From assembly GCA_010093705.1 (NCBI GenBank), contig MU006101.1, positions 471,614 to 535,613 on the forward strand: DNA of 64,000 nucleotides. Direction: 5' to 3'. This document shows positions 51,504 through 63,978 of the stretch, piece after piece (position 1 is the stretch's first letter; each line of letters opens with the position of its first letter). The position numbers and the translations under genes were made by a program. The notes under the pieces were generated by a model. The model did not search any database, was not told the origin of the DNA, and was given only the letters and a program-made list of their open reading frames with translations. This DNA comes from Patellaria atrata CBS 101060. Taxonomy: Eukaryota.

Positions 51504-52362
51504 CTGTTCATGTGCACGCTCAGCATATCCATCAACCTGAGTCCTGCAAATAACAACTTTCAGATTCACTAATAAATGCCATCAGTTCCCAAATCCATGG
51601 CGGGGTACTCGGCAGCGCCTTTCGACCCACCAATCGATAAGCTCCTTTACCCACGTTGGCAGGAGACACAGAAGCAGAAGCTTCCCTGCTCCTGCACATC
51701 AGACGGGAGAATGCTTAACGGCATCCGTCCATCGAATATAAACCTTTGTATCTCCGCATCTCGGTGATTTTCAGGCACGGGTAGTGAAGATGCGATATCA
51801 TTTGCCCGCCCGTCCATGTCCGTATAGCTGTGTGTACATAACGAAATAGATGAAGCTCACGCCATGCTACATAGCATATACAAGGTCTTCCGCGATTGTT
51901 GAGCAATTCTCTGTATAGCGGAAAGCCCATCACAACCCCATTTACCCCAAGAAGCTAGCACCGGCTTTCCAGGTCCCTAGATAAGCCAACCCGGGTCTTG
52001 GCTATGATGCAGTGGATTTGAACTGCGGAAGCTCCCCTGTAGCTCTAGCTTCGAGAGCTCTTATCGTCCCATGTTGCGCAGTGAGCCCTTGTTTTTGGAT
52101 CATTTTGCTTCGCCAGTCCGGCTGAAGGAGCTGGGAGAAGAAGAGCCTGCAAGTATAAAGGTAGCTATGAGTCCGTCATGCAGGCCTCCTGGAGCTTCTC
52201 TTTTTGCCTGCCTTCGTTGTCGTGCGCTCGTGTGAGATTGCTGCGTTGCTTACCTGTTGTTCTGTTGAGCAGCCGTGTGACGGTTAACACAGCGCATTCG
52301 CTCTGTGCCTAGACGGTGACTTCCTTGTCAAGAGCTCGGGTTCTCGGTCGAAGCTTCCAATC

Positions 52363-53599
52363 ATGGCTGTATTTTCGTTTAACCCAATTGGGGGTCTGGT
52401 GAACATGTTGGTTGCTGTGGGCTTCGTCGGTGTCGCTTCATACCCTATCCCATACAATGATTTGAGCGGAAGGGTGGAGGTACAGTCGCATCGTGGTGGT
52501 ATTGGTTTGAGGAATGAGGAGAGCCTATGGGTGAGTTCTACTTAGCAACTAAAGTTCAATTAGATGAGAAGTAGCTGATCTCTTGTCAATAGGCTTTCGC
52601 ATACTCCCTTGAGATCGGAGCAGACACCTTGGAAATGGATACAGTCTTCACTCAGGATGGAATACCAGTTATTTGGCACGATGTAAGCATGATTAAGGGC
52701 CCTCGACCTCAGTAAGGAAAGATGATCGAACAGAAACAGCATTACATCCAAGAAACGAAATGCACGGGCGAATACGTCGGTCAATACATCGCAAATCTAA
52801 CCTTAGCCCAAGTCAAAACACTGGACTGCAGCGTCCCACTCCTCCCCCAATATCCTCAACAAGAGAGTGAGTCCATCCAAGTCCCTCTATTCCCACCTAA
52901 CTCATACCTACCCCTCCCCCAGTTCACCTCAACACCAAAATCGCGACTCTCGAGGAGGTCCTCGAACTCATCACCTGCTACGGCGACAAAGGCGTAACAA
53001 TCAACCTCGAAACCAAACTCGACCCAAACGCGCCGAACGAAACCTGGCCCTACGAGAAATACGTCACGGACCTCGTCCCGCTCCTCGCCAAGCACGGCTA
53101 CGCCTCCCGCACCACGATCCAGTCCTTCGACTGGCGCACCCTCATCGGCGTCAAAGAGACCTTCCCGGACACCGTCACCGTCGCCCTCCTGGACGACACG
53201 ACGGTCGTCCCCGACGACGCCGGCGCCTTCCCCTGGCTCGGCGGCATCGACCTCGACGCCGATTTTGGGGGTGACTGGGTCGCGGCTGCTGCGTCTATCG
53301 GCGCCGCCGTCGTGAGTCCCGTCCACGGCGTCCCGAGCAACGAGACGGTTAATACACCAGGCTATGTGCCGTTTGTGACGAGGGAGAATACCCAGGCGGC
53401 GCATGAGAGGGGGATGAAGATGGTGCCGTGGACGGTAGATTATGAGGTTACGATTAGTAAGTTGTTTGATGATGGCGTTGATGCTATTATTAGTAATTAT
53501 CCGGAGAGAGTGTTTGCGGTGGGTAGGCAGAGGGGGTTGAGTGTGGGGAGGGCGAGGAATCCGAGTAGGCCGGAGTGCTTGGTTAATGCGTCTGGGTGA
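52363..53599 (+). CDS. Secreted glycerophosphodiester phosphodiesterase (GDPD, PLC-like fold), 4 exons
   Basis: Hydrophobic N-terminus, QSHRGG, LEMDTVFTQDGIPVIWHD, NLETK, IQSFDW, MVPWTVD, GVDAIISNYPE. Three introns splice in frame. Confidence 0.92.
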
Positions 53600-54295
53600 G
53601 AGGGTGGGAGGGTGTATATAGCTGAAAGGGATGGTAATGTGTCATGAGTAACGTATATGTTTAAGCATCTGTACATAGGTATCGAGGTATATGGGAATAG
53701 TTGAACGGGTTTGGTAAACCCGCCTTGGTGGTAATGAGAAGTATGATATCTTACTCCATGTCGCATAACCTGCTATCTCCTTCCCCTAAATCAAACTTTT
53801 CACCTATTCCTTAGGCATAAACCAAATATCATTCCTCCGCTTACCTCCACTCCACTCTCTCCATATCCCGTCACCCTCTTGCGCCTCCTTTAAGCTAGAC
53901 GTAATGACCGTATCCCTTCCCCCCACTCTAGAAGAAAAGAAAAAAATCACACGTATTCCCGCGTCTAACTCACCGCTCCCCTCCAACCTGTCCATTTAAT
54001 CCCCCCCCTCCCTCCTCTCTTCTCCCAGCAGTATCCTCCAAACAGTTTAACTACAGGACAACCGAAATGACCGATTGTGGAGAAGAGACTCCAATCTCTC
54101 GTGTGATCGATTCTGTGTCCGGGAACGACTTTTGGACGAAAGCTTTCTACATTGTGCTAGGGTTTGGGGTTTGGGGGTTGGTGGTCTTCGAAAGTAAGAA
54201 GGATAGATTGGTACGGTAAACCGTGTCGGACGTCAGAACCCTGCGGACTCCATCGATTGCTGGATTTGGGAGTCTGCGGAGATGTGACTTGGTTT

Positions 54296-54340
54296 GGGGG
54301 GGGGGGGGGGGTTTGTTTTGGGGGGGGGGGGGGGGGGGGG
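54296..54340 (+). repeat. Poly-G tracts G16-TTTGTTTT-G21
   Basis: Directly visible homopolymers. Confidence 0.9.
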
Positions 54341-55574
54341 AAGTGCTAAAGTGTAAAAGAGGGGCTCCTTTTTTTTTCTTTTAGAGAGGTGATGATGGGA
54401 GGGTGAAGTGGTGATAAGGAGGATAGAGTGCAGTAGTGATGATCCTCAGCGATATTTAAAGGGGGAATGGCCACTGGGGTGAAAGTGAAGCCTTAGGGTA
54501 TGAAGACAGTGAGGATAGTGAGGATAATTGAGGTTACTACCAATTGCGTCAATTTCCGTGTATCGCGCGGAATAGAATCAGAAGGGTAAGAGGGCTCGTG
54601 AAGGAAGCCCAGGGCGGCGGACAATAGTCTTCTTTTCCTTCCAAGTGGTTTTTCAGGGCATGTTCACTCCTTCCCGTGGTAACTGGGTAGAGTTCGTGGT
54701 GTTGGAAGGGAGGTTAAGGTTGTGCATAGTGGGGAGGGGAGGGATATACATACGCTTAATGATTGAGATGATAGAGGGTGGGTCTGTGATATTGGGCCAT
54801 CAGTTGCTTCTTGTCTTGTGGATATTGCCTCACTTCAGTCATCACTCATCAGTCGCTATTAATCACACTCAGTCATCAAACTTCCCAACCGCACCCACAC
54901 GACCACCCCTTTTGCCTGCTGTCCACCCATCACACTCCTCATCCACCCTCCCCTCCCCTCACCGCTCCTTCACCCCAGCTACATAACCGCTTCCTCTCAT
55001 CCAATCTACTCTTCGAAAAGCAACAACAGCAACAACAGAAACGATTCCGTTTCCAGTCCTATACATATCTTTCCAATCAGATTTGGGGTTGCACAGTCCT
55101 GCGGTATAAATCAAAGATGAAAGTGTCCAATTGGGCCTGAAAAAGAAAGCGTAAGATCGGAGGAGGTCGGAGAGCCGACGTAATGAACATTTGGAAAGGG
55201 GGATAGGGAGAGATGGTAAGAGGGGGCTTGTTTTTCTTTTTTCTGGGGGGAAAGGGGAAGGGAAGGAGAGAGCGGTGATGAAGTTTATCATTCTCCGGGT
55301 GAGGTTGATTGTCGTTATGTGTGTTTGAATAGATGGTATTGAGAGTGGAAGATACGGAGGAGATTGGCTGATTGAGTCACTAGAAGACGCATGGACAGGA
55401 ATGGACATGCATGTTGGCAGAAGAACACGCGCAAATCCCAATGGGCACCGATTGTCAATATCTTCGCACTAATTCCCGAATCTGCTTGGAAGATTTTTTC
55501 TCTCTTCCCTTCCGTTGTGAGAGGTGTATAAATATGGAGTAGGGGAAGAAAAACAGCCTTATATCTCTTGTCTT

Positions 55575-55606
55575 GTGAGTTATGAGTTATGAGTTATGAG
55601 ATGAGT
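55575..55606. repeat. Short tandem repeat (GAGTTAT)n
   Basis: gtgagttatgagttatgagttatgagatgagt. Confidence 0.8.
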
Positions 55607-57289
55607 GAACTGCACGTCTGATACTTGCACCTACACCTGCATCTATACCTGCGACTGCACCGTCAATATAATATCACAAGTCCCATCAACGTGAATCATA
55701 CCACCAGATCAAAGAGCTACAGACTTACAGCCTCTCCGATAGCACGAGGGGTCAGATATATAACTCCCCTCTTTCTCCCATAGGAATATCCTTCTCTAGT
55801 AACAGGAAAGAGAACGAAAGTAGGGAGGGGCAAAAGTAGCTTTACACATTCAGACTTCCTTAAAGGACACAAAGACCATATCGTTTTGGGTTGGTGGATG
55901 CTTAAAGAACATATACGAAAATTGGGATGGGCTGGTAGTCGAGGATATGAGATTTGGGGAAGTAAAATAAAGGGATATGGGGATGTAGGGGTCGATAGTG
56001 ATGGTCGGTGATGGTGATGAGGTTCCCCGGTGTTAGGAGTGGTGAGGAGTATTATCGTAAAATAATAAGTAATCGGGATATGGGGTATTAAACGAGAAGT
56101 GAACAGTGCTTCCGGGTGTCAGAGTCGGGAGGGAAATGTACTGTATAAAAGGAACCGAAGGGGACGCGGGGAGAAGTCCAGAGGGATATTTCTAAGTACG
56201 AATGCTTCCAGTCTTCTAGATATTCGGTATGTTGTTTCTTGTAGAAGAAGATAGACTGTTCATTTTGGTATTTGGAGGTCTAGAAGGAAATGCTCAAAGT
56301 GGGGGTAACATGTGGTATAGCGGCATGACTTATCATTTAAACCACCACATGCTACTTTAACCTGACTTCCTCGGGTTGACTAGTTCTCTACCATCTCCCC
56401 CTTCTAAACGTTCTCTAACGAATCCCGAAGCCAATCAATTCTGTCCCCCGAAAAAATTTTGAGGTTTAACTTCTCGTTTGGATGCTTTATGTAAAGAGAA
56501 GATAATATGGAAATCGTCCCATTGGTTTTGGTTTTGGGTGGGCTACTGTGTTGGGGGTAAAGTTGGAGATTAGGGCCTCGAGAGGGAAGAAGAAAGGAGA
56601 GAGAGAAGGGATATGTGGGAAGTGACCGTAGTTGAGGGTTAAGAGTTAAAGGTGCGGTGATAATATTCGGTAGCAATTTGGAGAACTGAAGAGTATCATG
56701 GTGCGAAATATGATTAAAGGAGGATCCATAGAAAGAGGTGGCTACACCGGAGAATGGGCAGAACAAACAGCGCTGGAAAATCCAGTGCCTCTGGGTTGAC
56801 GGGCGCTTACTTACTATCTTCTAGCGTGTAGTTATTAGGAGAAGATAACTTTTCTGTCCTTCCAATTCAAGCTATCGTGGAGAATACCTAGTTGTTGGAA
56901 ACTACAACTTGTGACTCTATCACCATTCCCTTCCCTTTCTGGTCTCTCTATACTCCCTCTTCGTAAGCCACCCTTCTTCTCTAACAGATACAACGACAGC
57001 GGCAGTTCTCTATTCTCCTAGTTCTCTGAAGGGGACGAGAAAAATAGACTGTTGCTTGGTTTGAATCCCCTATGCAAAACTCTGGAATTGTCATTGCATT
57101 CCTGGCTGCCGGAGCGGGAGATAAGGCAGGCATTGAGAGTGAGGTTACGGGATTAGGGTGGAGAAGAGCAAGGAAGCAGGGCGTGACAGCTGTCTCAAGG
57201 AGGAAAGGGGTGATGAAATACATGGGTAGGGATGATGATGAGTTTTAGGGGGATTTAATGTTGGTAGGGATTATCATCCTTAATAACAA

Positions 57290-60037
57290 TTATAAATAAG
57301 ATCAAGTAAGGGAAGAGTGTTAAGTATTTTGAGTGAGAGGAAGGGAGCTTTTCGAAAGACCAGATACGGAAAACACTCTATCATAAAGTTGTTCAGGTAT
57401 TGTGACGCTGATACAAGTAATCGCAGTCTGCCCATTTTGGCTAACGCATGGATCCAAGTTTGGATGCACGGTGTTTGCAAAAATCTTAAGACAGCCGGGA
57501 GCAAACCTTACGATCCCGGATCTGCGAGACACAGATGTACAAACCAGTAGCTTGCAGCGTAGTCCAGAAGATCCGGTTCCTGGTTGCGATTCATTTGATC
57601 CACAGCCTAGGGTCTATAAGACAGAGTATACATTTCTGAAGTAACAACTCATTGGCTGAATGCATGTTAATACTGAAGGACTGATTGAGATTATTGAACA
57701 GATATTCCTTTGCAGTCTGATGAATAAGCGCGACTTTACCTTCAATATCAATCACAGCGAAGCCTCCACACAAAGTACCAATTGAAAGTTGAAAATCCGG
57801 TGGAACATCTTGAATGAGGGTACTAGAGAGTTCGGCGACCGTTATCAAGCGTCAAGCGCATGTAGCCTAAGCTAGAATGTCATGTGCTAGTTGCTTCGCA
57901 TTCCTATTAGGATTTTCTGCGATCGTGCAAGCCATACGATTGTAGAGCGCTTCCATACTTGATGGTAGTTGGTCGATCGCGTCCTTGACATCCTTTTGAG
58001 TAATGCATTTGTTGATCCTCTGAATAGCAAGGTAGATCCATAGAAAATTGCCTGAGGATCGTTCTAAAATGAGTGAAGTGATATTCGATTTATAGGAGGC
58101 GCTTCCAGCTACATCATCCATTTCCTGCTCAATGAACCACCGGAAATCATCTAAGTTACTTTCCGTTCGAATATGGTCCATCTTGACAACCTCTGAAAGT
58201 TTTTGCAACGCAGAAGAGATCTCTTGAGTCTTGCGACTTGTAAGTAGTACACGAACTGGAACCGAATACGAAGATAAGTCGGATAAGAGCTTGATCAGAC
58301 TCCGAAGATTGTCTGATTCATCCACTCCATCAAAGACCGAATAAAGTGGGCGTCTCAAGTTGTATGGCGAAAATGCCAGACCGATACAGCCATTGCCAAA
58401 TATTTCGTACGTCTGCTGTCTTCAAGTCCGCAGCTTTTGCAGCTAGCTTCATAATTTTAGCACTCTAAGCTTGATTAACGCGTGCAACCTGGGAGGTAAT
58501 AGACCACAGTAAGGTGTGCAGAGACCGCTTATGCTGGTCGCCAAATCGAATGAAAAGTATTGGCACTGTCTGCCTTCTCTAATAAGGTAATCGATGATGG
58601 AGGAGAGAACGGACTTTCCACTGGCAGCACTGCCATGAATCCAGAGTAAGCGGGTTTCTGGATGAGTGTCTTCGAACCAGTTGATGAACGTATCATGCTT
58701 CAGTATCCATTGGCATGTACCAGGAGCCCAGCGATCACGGAAGAAGGTATAATCTGTATCCGGCGGCTCGTAGGATGAGCATAATTCTTAAACTTGCGGT
58801 TCCTGTATTTGCTTTCTTGTTAGAGTTGCTGCGATTCCTAAGCAAATTAGTCATTTATATCGACCACAATTGGCAAACTTACCTGCATCCGGACTGGTCG
58901 GTAGTTTGTTTATTAGCGACTTAAGTACGTTGCGCACGGTGATGTAGAGGGTATCTTCTCGTCACTCGTATTTGGACATGCCGTGATGATCAGCATCAAG
59001 TGGTTTAGATAGTTCTCCAGGGTATTCAAGAACCGATGAGTCCTTTTCTAGTACCAGCTATACAGGTTAAGGTAAGGGTCTAATTGAGAGCGCGATCCCG
59101 AAGGTTTACGAGCCCTCGCACTACTTACAATCCAATCATTCTTAAAGCCCACCGAAGTAGGACGCGTTTCATAAAGGGACACAATATTAAGCTTATTTGC
59201 GATGTGTCAAAATTTCTCATTAAGCTTTTGCAGAGTATCTGAGTTTCTGGTTAACTCTGCGATGTACTGCTTAGGAGCTGCTACGAGAGAAACCTGAAGA
59301 ATGCGGTTGAGGGGGTCTCTGTCACGGGTTAGACCCGATAGGTATAAGTGCCTTGAATGATCCAGCGGCTTAGTCATACTGTACTTTAACAGAACAGCAT
59401 ATGCTGTCTCAACACTTTCTTTCCTTAAGTTTAAGCTTCATGTACATACAGCAATATACCTTTCAGCTCTCATCTGAGGTTGAGCCTTGACAGTCTCAGC
59501 AAGGTCGGTCCCGCGGTGGGGCGAGGAGAGAAAGATGATAGCAGAGATTGCTTTCACAATCAGCTCATAATCAGGATCATATCGTCCTTGTAAATAGCCC
59601 TGGTTGAGCATTTCAGTATGGTGTAGCGCATGGGATTAGATTCTCACCTCTTTTATAATGAGTCCACCCATTGAATGAACGACAAAGATAATAGGCTCCT
59701 GCAGTCATTCATTCATGTCATTATGAAGTTCAATGCCCGAATATTCTCAAGTCTCAAGCTCCTACCTTTCCCATCTCAAGATTGCTAAGCTCGTCATCAT
59801 GTTCGTCTTTCGCAAATTTCATTTCGAACAACGGATCTTTCGCCAATTCTAGAATGGTTATAATACTCTTGTTGCTTCCAGGACGGGGGTTCGCGTCGTA
59901 GCCAAAAGTAAGAATCCTGGCTTGATTGATATCTGGCTCTATAGGTAAGAATTTCTGCGGCCAGAAAAGGTTCAAGTCTTTGTGCTTCGACCATGTCAAG
60001 CGACTTGTGCCACCAAGGCCATGGACAAACACAATGT
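57290..60037 (-). pseudogene. Disrupted fungal NLR-like gene: SesB/PGAP1-like alpha/beta hydrolase + NACHT + winged helix; no repeat sensor domain
   Basis: IVFVHGLGG...WPQKFLP...RILTFGYDA, IIFVVHSMGGL, PGTCQWIL, Walker A LWIHGSAASGKS, Walker B FDGVDES, SSGNFLW. In-frame stops (TAG 57867-57869, then TGA), frameshifts and an LTR insertion; both ends truncated. Confidence 0.88.
59320..59492. mobile_element. Solo LTR (173 bp) with 5-bp TSD GTCTC
   Basis: Ends TGTCA...TGACA. GTCTC occurs at 59315-59319 and 59493-59497. It interrupts the NLR exon at HRGTDLAET/LNRILQVS. Confidence 0.9.
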
Positions 60038-60305
60038 TTCCTGGCCATAAGAACATCTTTGGGAATGACATAGCAGACAAGCTGGCTAAAAAGGGACTGG
60101 GCCGCAAGCCTATGGACACTTCATTCACATCACTTAGTTCTATCAAACGAAAATGCAAGGAAAAGATCTTATCTAATTGAAAACAAAGCTGGGAAGCTAA
60201 TAGTAAGAGACAAGGCAAACATTACACACGTATTTGCAAAGATCTTGTGCGGTTCTCACTCGATATACCGAAATCTAATGTCCAGAAAAGATCCAAGCAG
60301 CATAC
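60038..60305 (+). mobile_element. Non-LTR retrotransposon (Tad1/I-like LINE) fragment, RNase H C-terminus
   Basis: PGHKNIFGNDIADKLAK matches the RNase H W-V-P-G-H-x-x-I-x-G-N-E-x-A-D-x-L-A-K motif. It continues with an in-frame stop to ...GKHY...IQAAY and is cut off by the second LTR. Confidence 0.8.
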
Positions 60306-60585
60306 CGTCAAGGCTCAACCTCAGATGGAAGCTGAAAGGTATATTGCTACATGTACATGAAGCTTAAACTTGAGGAAAGAAAGTAAAAGAGAGTGTCAGA
60401 ACAGCGTGAGCTGTTCTATTAAAGTACAATATGACTAAGCTACTGGATTATCCATGAAGCTTAAACCTAAGGAAAGAAAGTAAAAGAAACTGCCAGAACA
60501 GCGTGAGCTGTTCTACTGAAGTATAGCATAGCTAAGCCGCTGGATCATGCAAGGCACTTATGCCTATTGGGTCTAGCCCGTGACA
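60306..60585. mobile_element. Second copy of the same LTR family, inverted, with an internal ~95-bp tandem duplication and no TSD
   Basis: Reverse-complement match to 59320-59492 (CGTCAAGGCTCAACCTCAGATG...GGGTCTAGCCCGTGACA). The CATGAAGCTTAAAC...GGAT block is present twice. Flanks CATAC and GTTGT differ. Confidence 0.88.
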
Positions 60586-60962
60586 GTTGTCATGGGGAGC
60601 CTAGAAGGTCTACAAACTCTTAGCTCGTTCCTACTAAGGACAGCAACGGAGTTATTTCGAAGTAATGCAATGGTAGTACTATAGTCAAGGTAGACGATAT
60701 CCTTCCTATAACCATAATAGTACGTTCTAGAACAGAGAGCTTAGGTAGTCCAGCAATTCCTCGGAGTCATCTTCAATCATGCGTCACTATGCACCCATCC
60801 CTCCTTGACCCCATCCAATTAATCTATTTGACACCTAATAATTTCTACATAAGTCTCCCTGTGGGAGATGGTCTAGATTGCTGTCTGCTGCGACTTGACC
60901 AAATCATAGCAGCGCAACGCAGCCCGCGAGTTTCTCACCCAACCAAACTATCAACATTGTAA

Positions 60963-62197
60963 CTAGTGATTATCGTTGATGTTCATATGCTCCCCGGTGA
61001 CTTGCGGGTCCTTTTGTGGATCGTATGTGTCCAACCCTTCCAAAGGACTGTAAACCTCGCTCAGATAACACATGTCATTGTAGGTACTGTATAATCCCAT
61101 CAGTACGGTAAAAAACCGAGATTTGTAGCAGGTTCTTACGTCTGACGCGCCACACCTTCTGAATGCTCAGCTGAATAATTGAGATTGTATTTTAGGCTAT
61201 AAAGCTTATTTCGGTCATCGAACTCTTTCACTGGCTCAGACGGTTGGATTTTCCGCAGATAGTGACGGGTGTAGATTTTCGCTCGATCCCGCGTCGACCT
61301 CCGCATTCCCAGTTCCATCTCGTTGTGGGCATAATAAGCACTGGGATTAAAGAAAATGATCTTACCAGGTTTTGAATCCGTACCTACGTTCCCTTTTTTC
61401 AGGTCTCCATGGATAAGACTTGGATTAATCTGGCGGCCGTCCGATTTAAGATGCCCAAAGAGACGAGGGACAACCTTATTTATAATATATACAGTTGCTG
61501 CCTCTAACCCCGGGTGTCTGCCATTCGCTTCAAGGTTCAAACTTGCTACTCCGCTCAATAATTTTGAGAATAGATTTTCCCAGCTATCTTCCCAAGCGAT
61601 GTTATGAGCTATCCTTCCGTCACAGGTGGTGGCATGAAATCCAAACTTCGCCTTTGGTGAGACACTCTTTGAGTATAATTTGGAGAGTTGGGCGGCAAAT
61701 TGAATTGGTTAGAGAGCGCCGATGATATCCGTCTCCATGAATTCGGAAAGGTAGAAGTAGGTGGGAGGATTGTTGACCTTGAACCTTCCCCACGCCCGAG
61801 GTACAGGCAAAAGTCCTAGAGTTACTTTCTCAATTTCGGTGGCGGATGCATATTCTCTATGCATCATGATGCGGCCATGCCCGTCACGAGCACACTGCTA
61901 GATAGCTCAGATACTTGTGAAGTTTACGAGTAGAATAATCAGGATGCATACTTTCATGAGATACTCCTTGCTTGTCCCGTCAAACTGCATTGTTGAGATG
62001 TGAGTCCACCCAGATATTGCATAATTCCCAACCGATAGTATCTGTGTAAATAGGGGCAGTGCTTACATATGTCAGCCTTGGTACCTAGTGTGTCAGAGTT
62101 CATCGGTCTTACCTTCGATCACAGTGTCGTCCAGGGGAAAAGCTCCCTTCACTACTTGCAATGAATAGCGACGATTCTTCGCCTCTCCACTGTCCAT
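60963..62197 (-). pseudogene. Fructosamine/ribulosamine-3-kinase family pseudogene
   Basis: PVPRAWG, YFYLSEFME, SPKAKFGFHATTCDG, PSLIHGDL, YYAHNEMELG. In-frame TAA at 61709-61711; degenerate HGDLKKGN and FFNP in place of HGDLWxGN and FDP/FDA. Confidence 0.82.
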
Positions 62198-62734
62198 GCG
62201 CTCTCCCTCGAATCGTCGAAGTAAACGTTGAAAGCTCTCTTTCGCCGCTAGTAGAGGTATAACCTTCTATTTCACTTAGTACGGCTAGTTATTGAGTCGG
62301 CTGGAATCGGATTAGAGGGTATCCCCCTTAGAAGCGCGGCCGCGAATGAGGTGAGAGCAAAGCATTAGCGAATGGGGTCTAGGAATGTGTAATGTAGATC
62401 TGTAACCGAACCATACTTCCCTGGGTAGGAGACTTTATTCTCGTACGCAATAGGGGAGTTGAAGGCTATTACAAGGATATTTGAGAGTTCATGCTTCGAA
62501 TTCCGCTGGATTCTCGATACCAAATTTTGAATATCTGATCCCTTGATATTGTAGGGACTCTGTGCTATTGTATGTGATGAGTTGAATGCAATTAAGAAGA
62601 ACGGATGTTCTACCTCCGTTCCTTTGCCGCCATATGTGAGGTACAGGAAGGTACGGGTCATCGCTCGATCACAGGGCCGCATCGTAATGAACGTAATCTC
62701 TACGCTTCGGATGTACTGGAGACAGTCTATCCTA

Positions 62735-63978
62735 TTATGTCTGAGGAAAATAATCTATAACCTCGTCTTCCATGTCCTTCAAACTTGCAATGAAATGGAA
62801 TTCTTCCGCCGTGACGCGACTGACGCTCAATCGCGCTTTGCTGAAAAGTTCCATCCGACTTAAGGTATCGTGCTTACGAAGCTCATGAAGTGAGATGATG
62901 CGTGGGAATCTCTCTCGGAATGTAACGCTTACGCAGTACCATGCGGGCTTCTCGCGCTTGGATTTCGGATCATAATAAGGATTTTCGGGATCGAACGCGG
63001 TCTCTGTAAAAGACGTGGTCAGTAACAGGACGACTTTATTATACGACAGCACAGCGACTTCATATGTTATCAATCAGTTGGTTTTTCTATCTCGAATATC
63101 CATCCCGTACATAGGGTAAGGAAGATCCCAGCCGCTCACCGTTCCTCTCCATGTACACTTCATACCAGTATAGTCGCTTAATAGTGGACAAGTGCTAGAT
63201 CTGAAGGTGAGTCCAGAAATGAAGATTGGCAAGTTCACGTGCTGGGGTTTGTTATTTCGTGAAGGAAAGCGCATAATAAGGTACGGTACGGTCGTTCCAA
63301 GGGAAACAATTTAGGAACAGTTTATAAAAAGTTCAAGCTTACTGTCAATAGTTGCCTCCTCGACAATCTCCATAATCCCAGCAACTCCGGGCACTTTAGT
63401 GTTGGAATGGTAGAAGAGCGCAAGCTCACCCTTTTTCATCGCTTGCATGTTATTTCTAGCTGTGAGATAGTGTAGTGGTTAGCAATAACCCATCTCTTAG
63501 AAACTGGTCCATCTACCTGCATAATTCCGGACACCTGTTGAGGTTTAGCAGGTCAATATAAAGGTCAACGTTGATCGGTCGGTCGTTCATTCTCTGAACA
63601 AACGGGGCACATACCGGTCCATGGTTCTGGCTCTTTCGCATTTTCCAGATCTGTGATTGAAAATTTGACATCTTTCCCATCCACAATCCGTGAGTCGGGC
63701 TCAGATTTCATAAGCCAATAATTGGAGTCGCTGATCACCGCACCATGTGGGATTGCATCTCGCGTAAGCCTTTCAACCTCCTTAGACGCCTTTTTGGGTT
63801 TCCCGGATTTTGTCTCTGGAGTGGTGACAGCTGCACCTGATCCGTCACCGAATCGGTTCCTTTCCGATCGCCGTCTGTTGCTGCGCGTATCGATTTGAGT
63901 TGTTGAATGACGTGTGCGCTTTTGAACAGGGGCAGCTGGTGTTGAAATGCTTTCCGTCACTTTGCGTTTTAGCACCAT
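62735..63978 (-). CDS. EVE-domain protein (Thy28/THYN1-like), 4 exons
   Basis: YWLMKSEPDSR...KFSITDL...PWT|GVRNYA|ARNNMQAMKKGELALFYHSN|...AFDPENPYYDPKS...RLSVSRVT. Includes a micro-exon and a ~335-nt intron. Confidence 0.92.
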
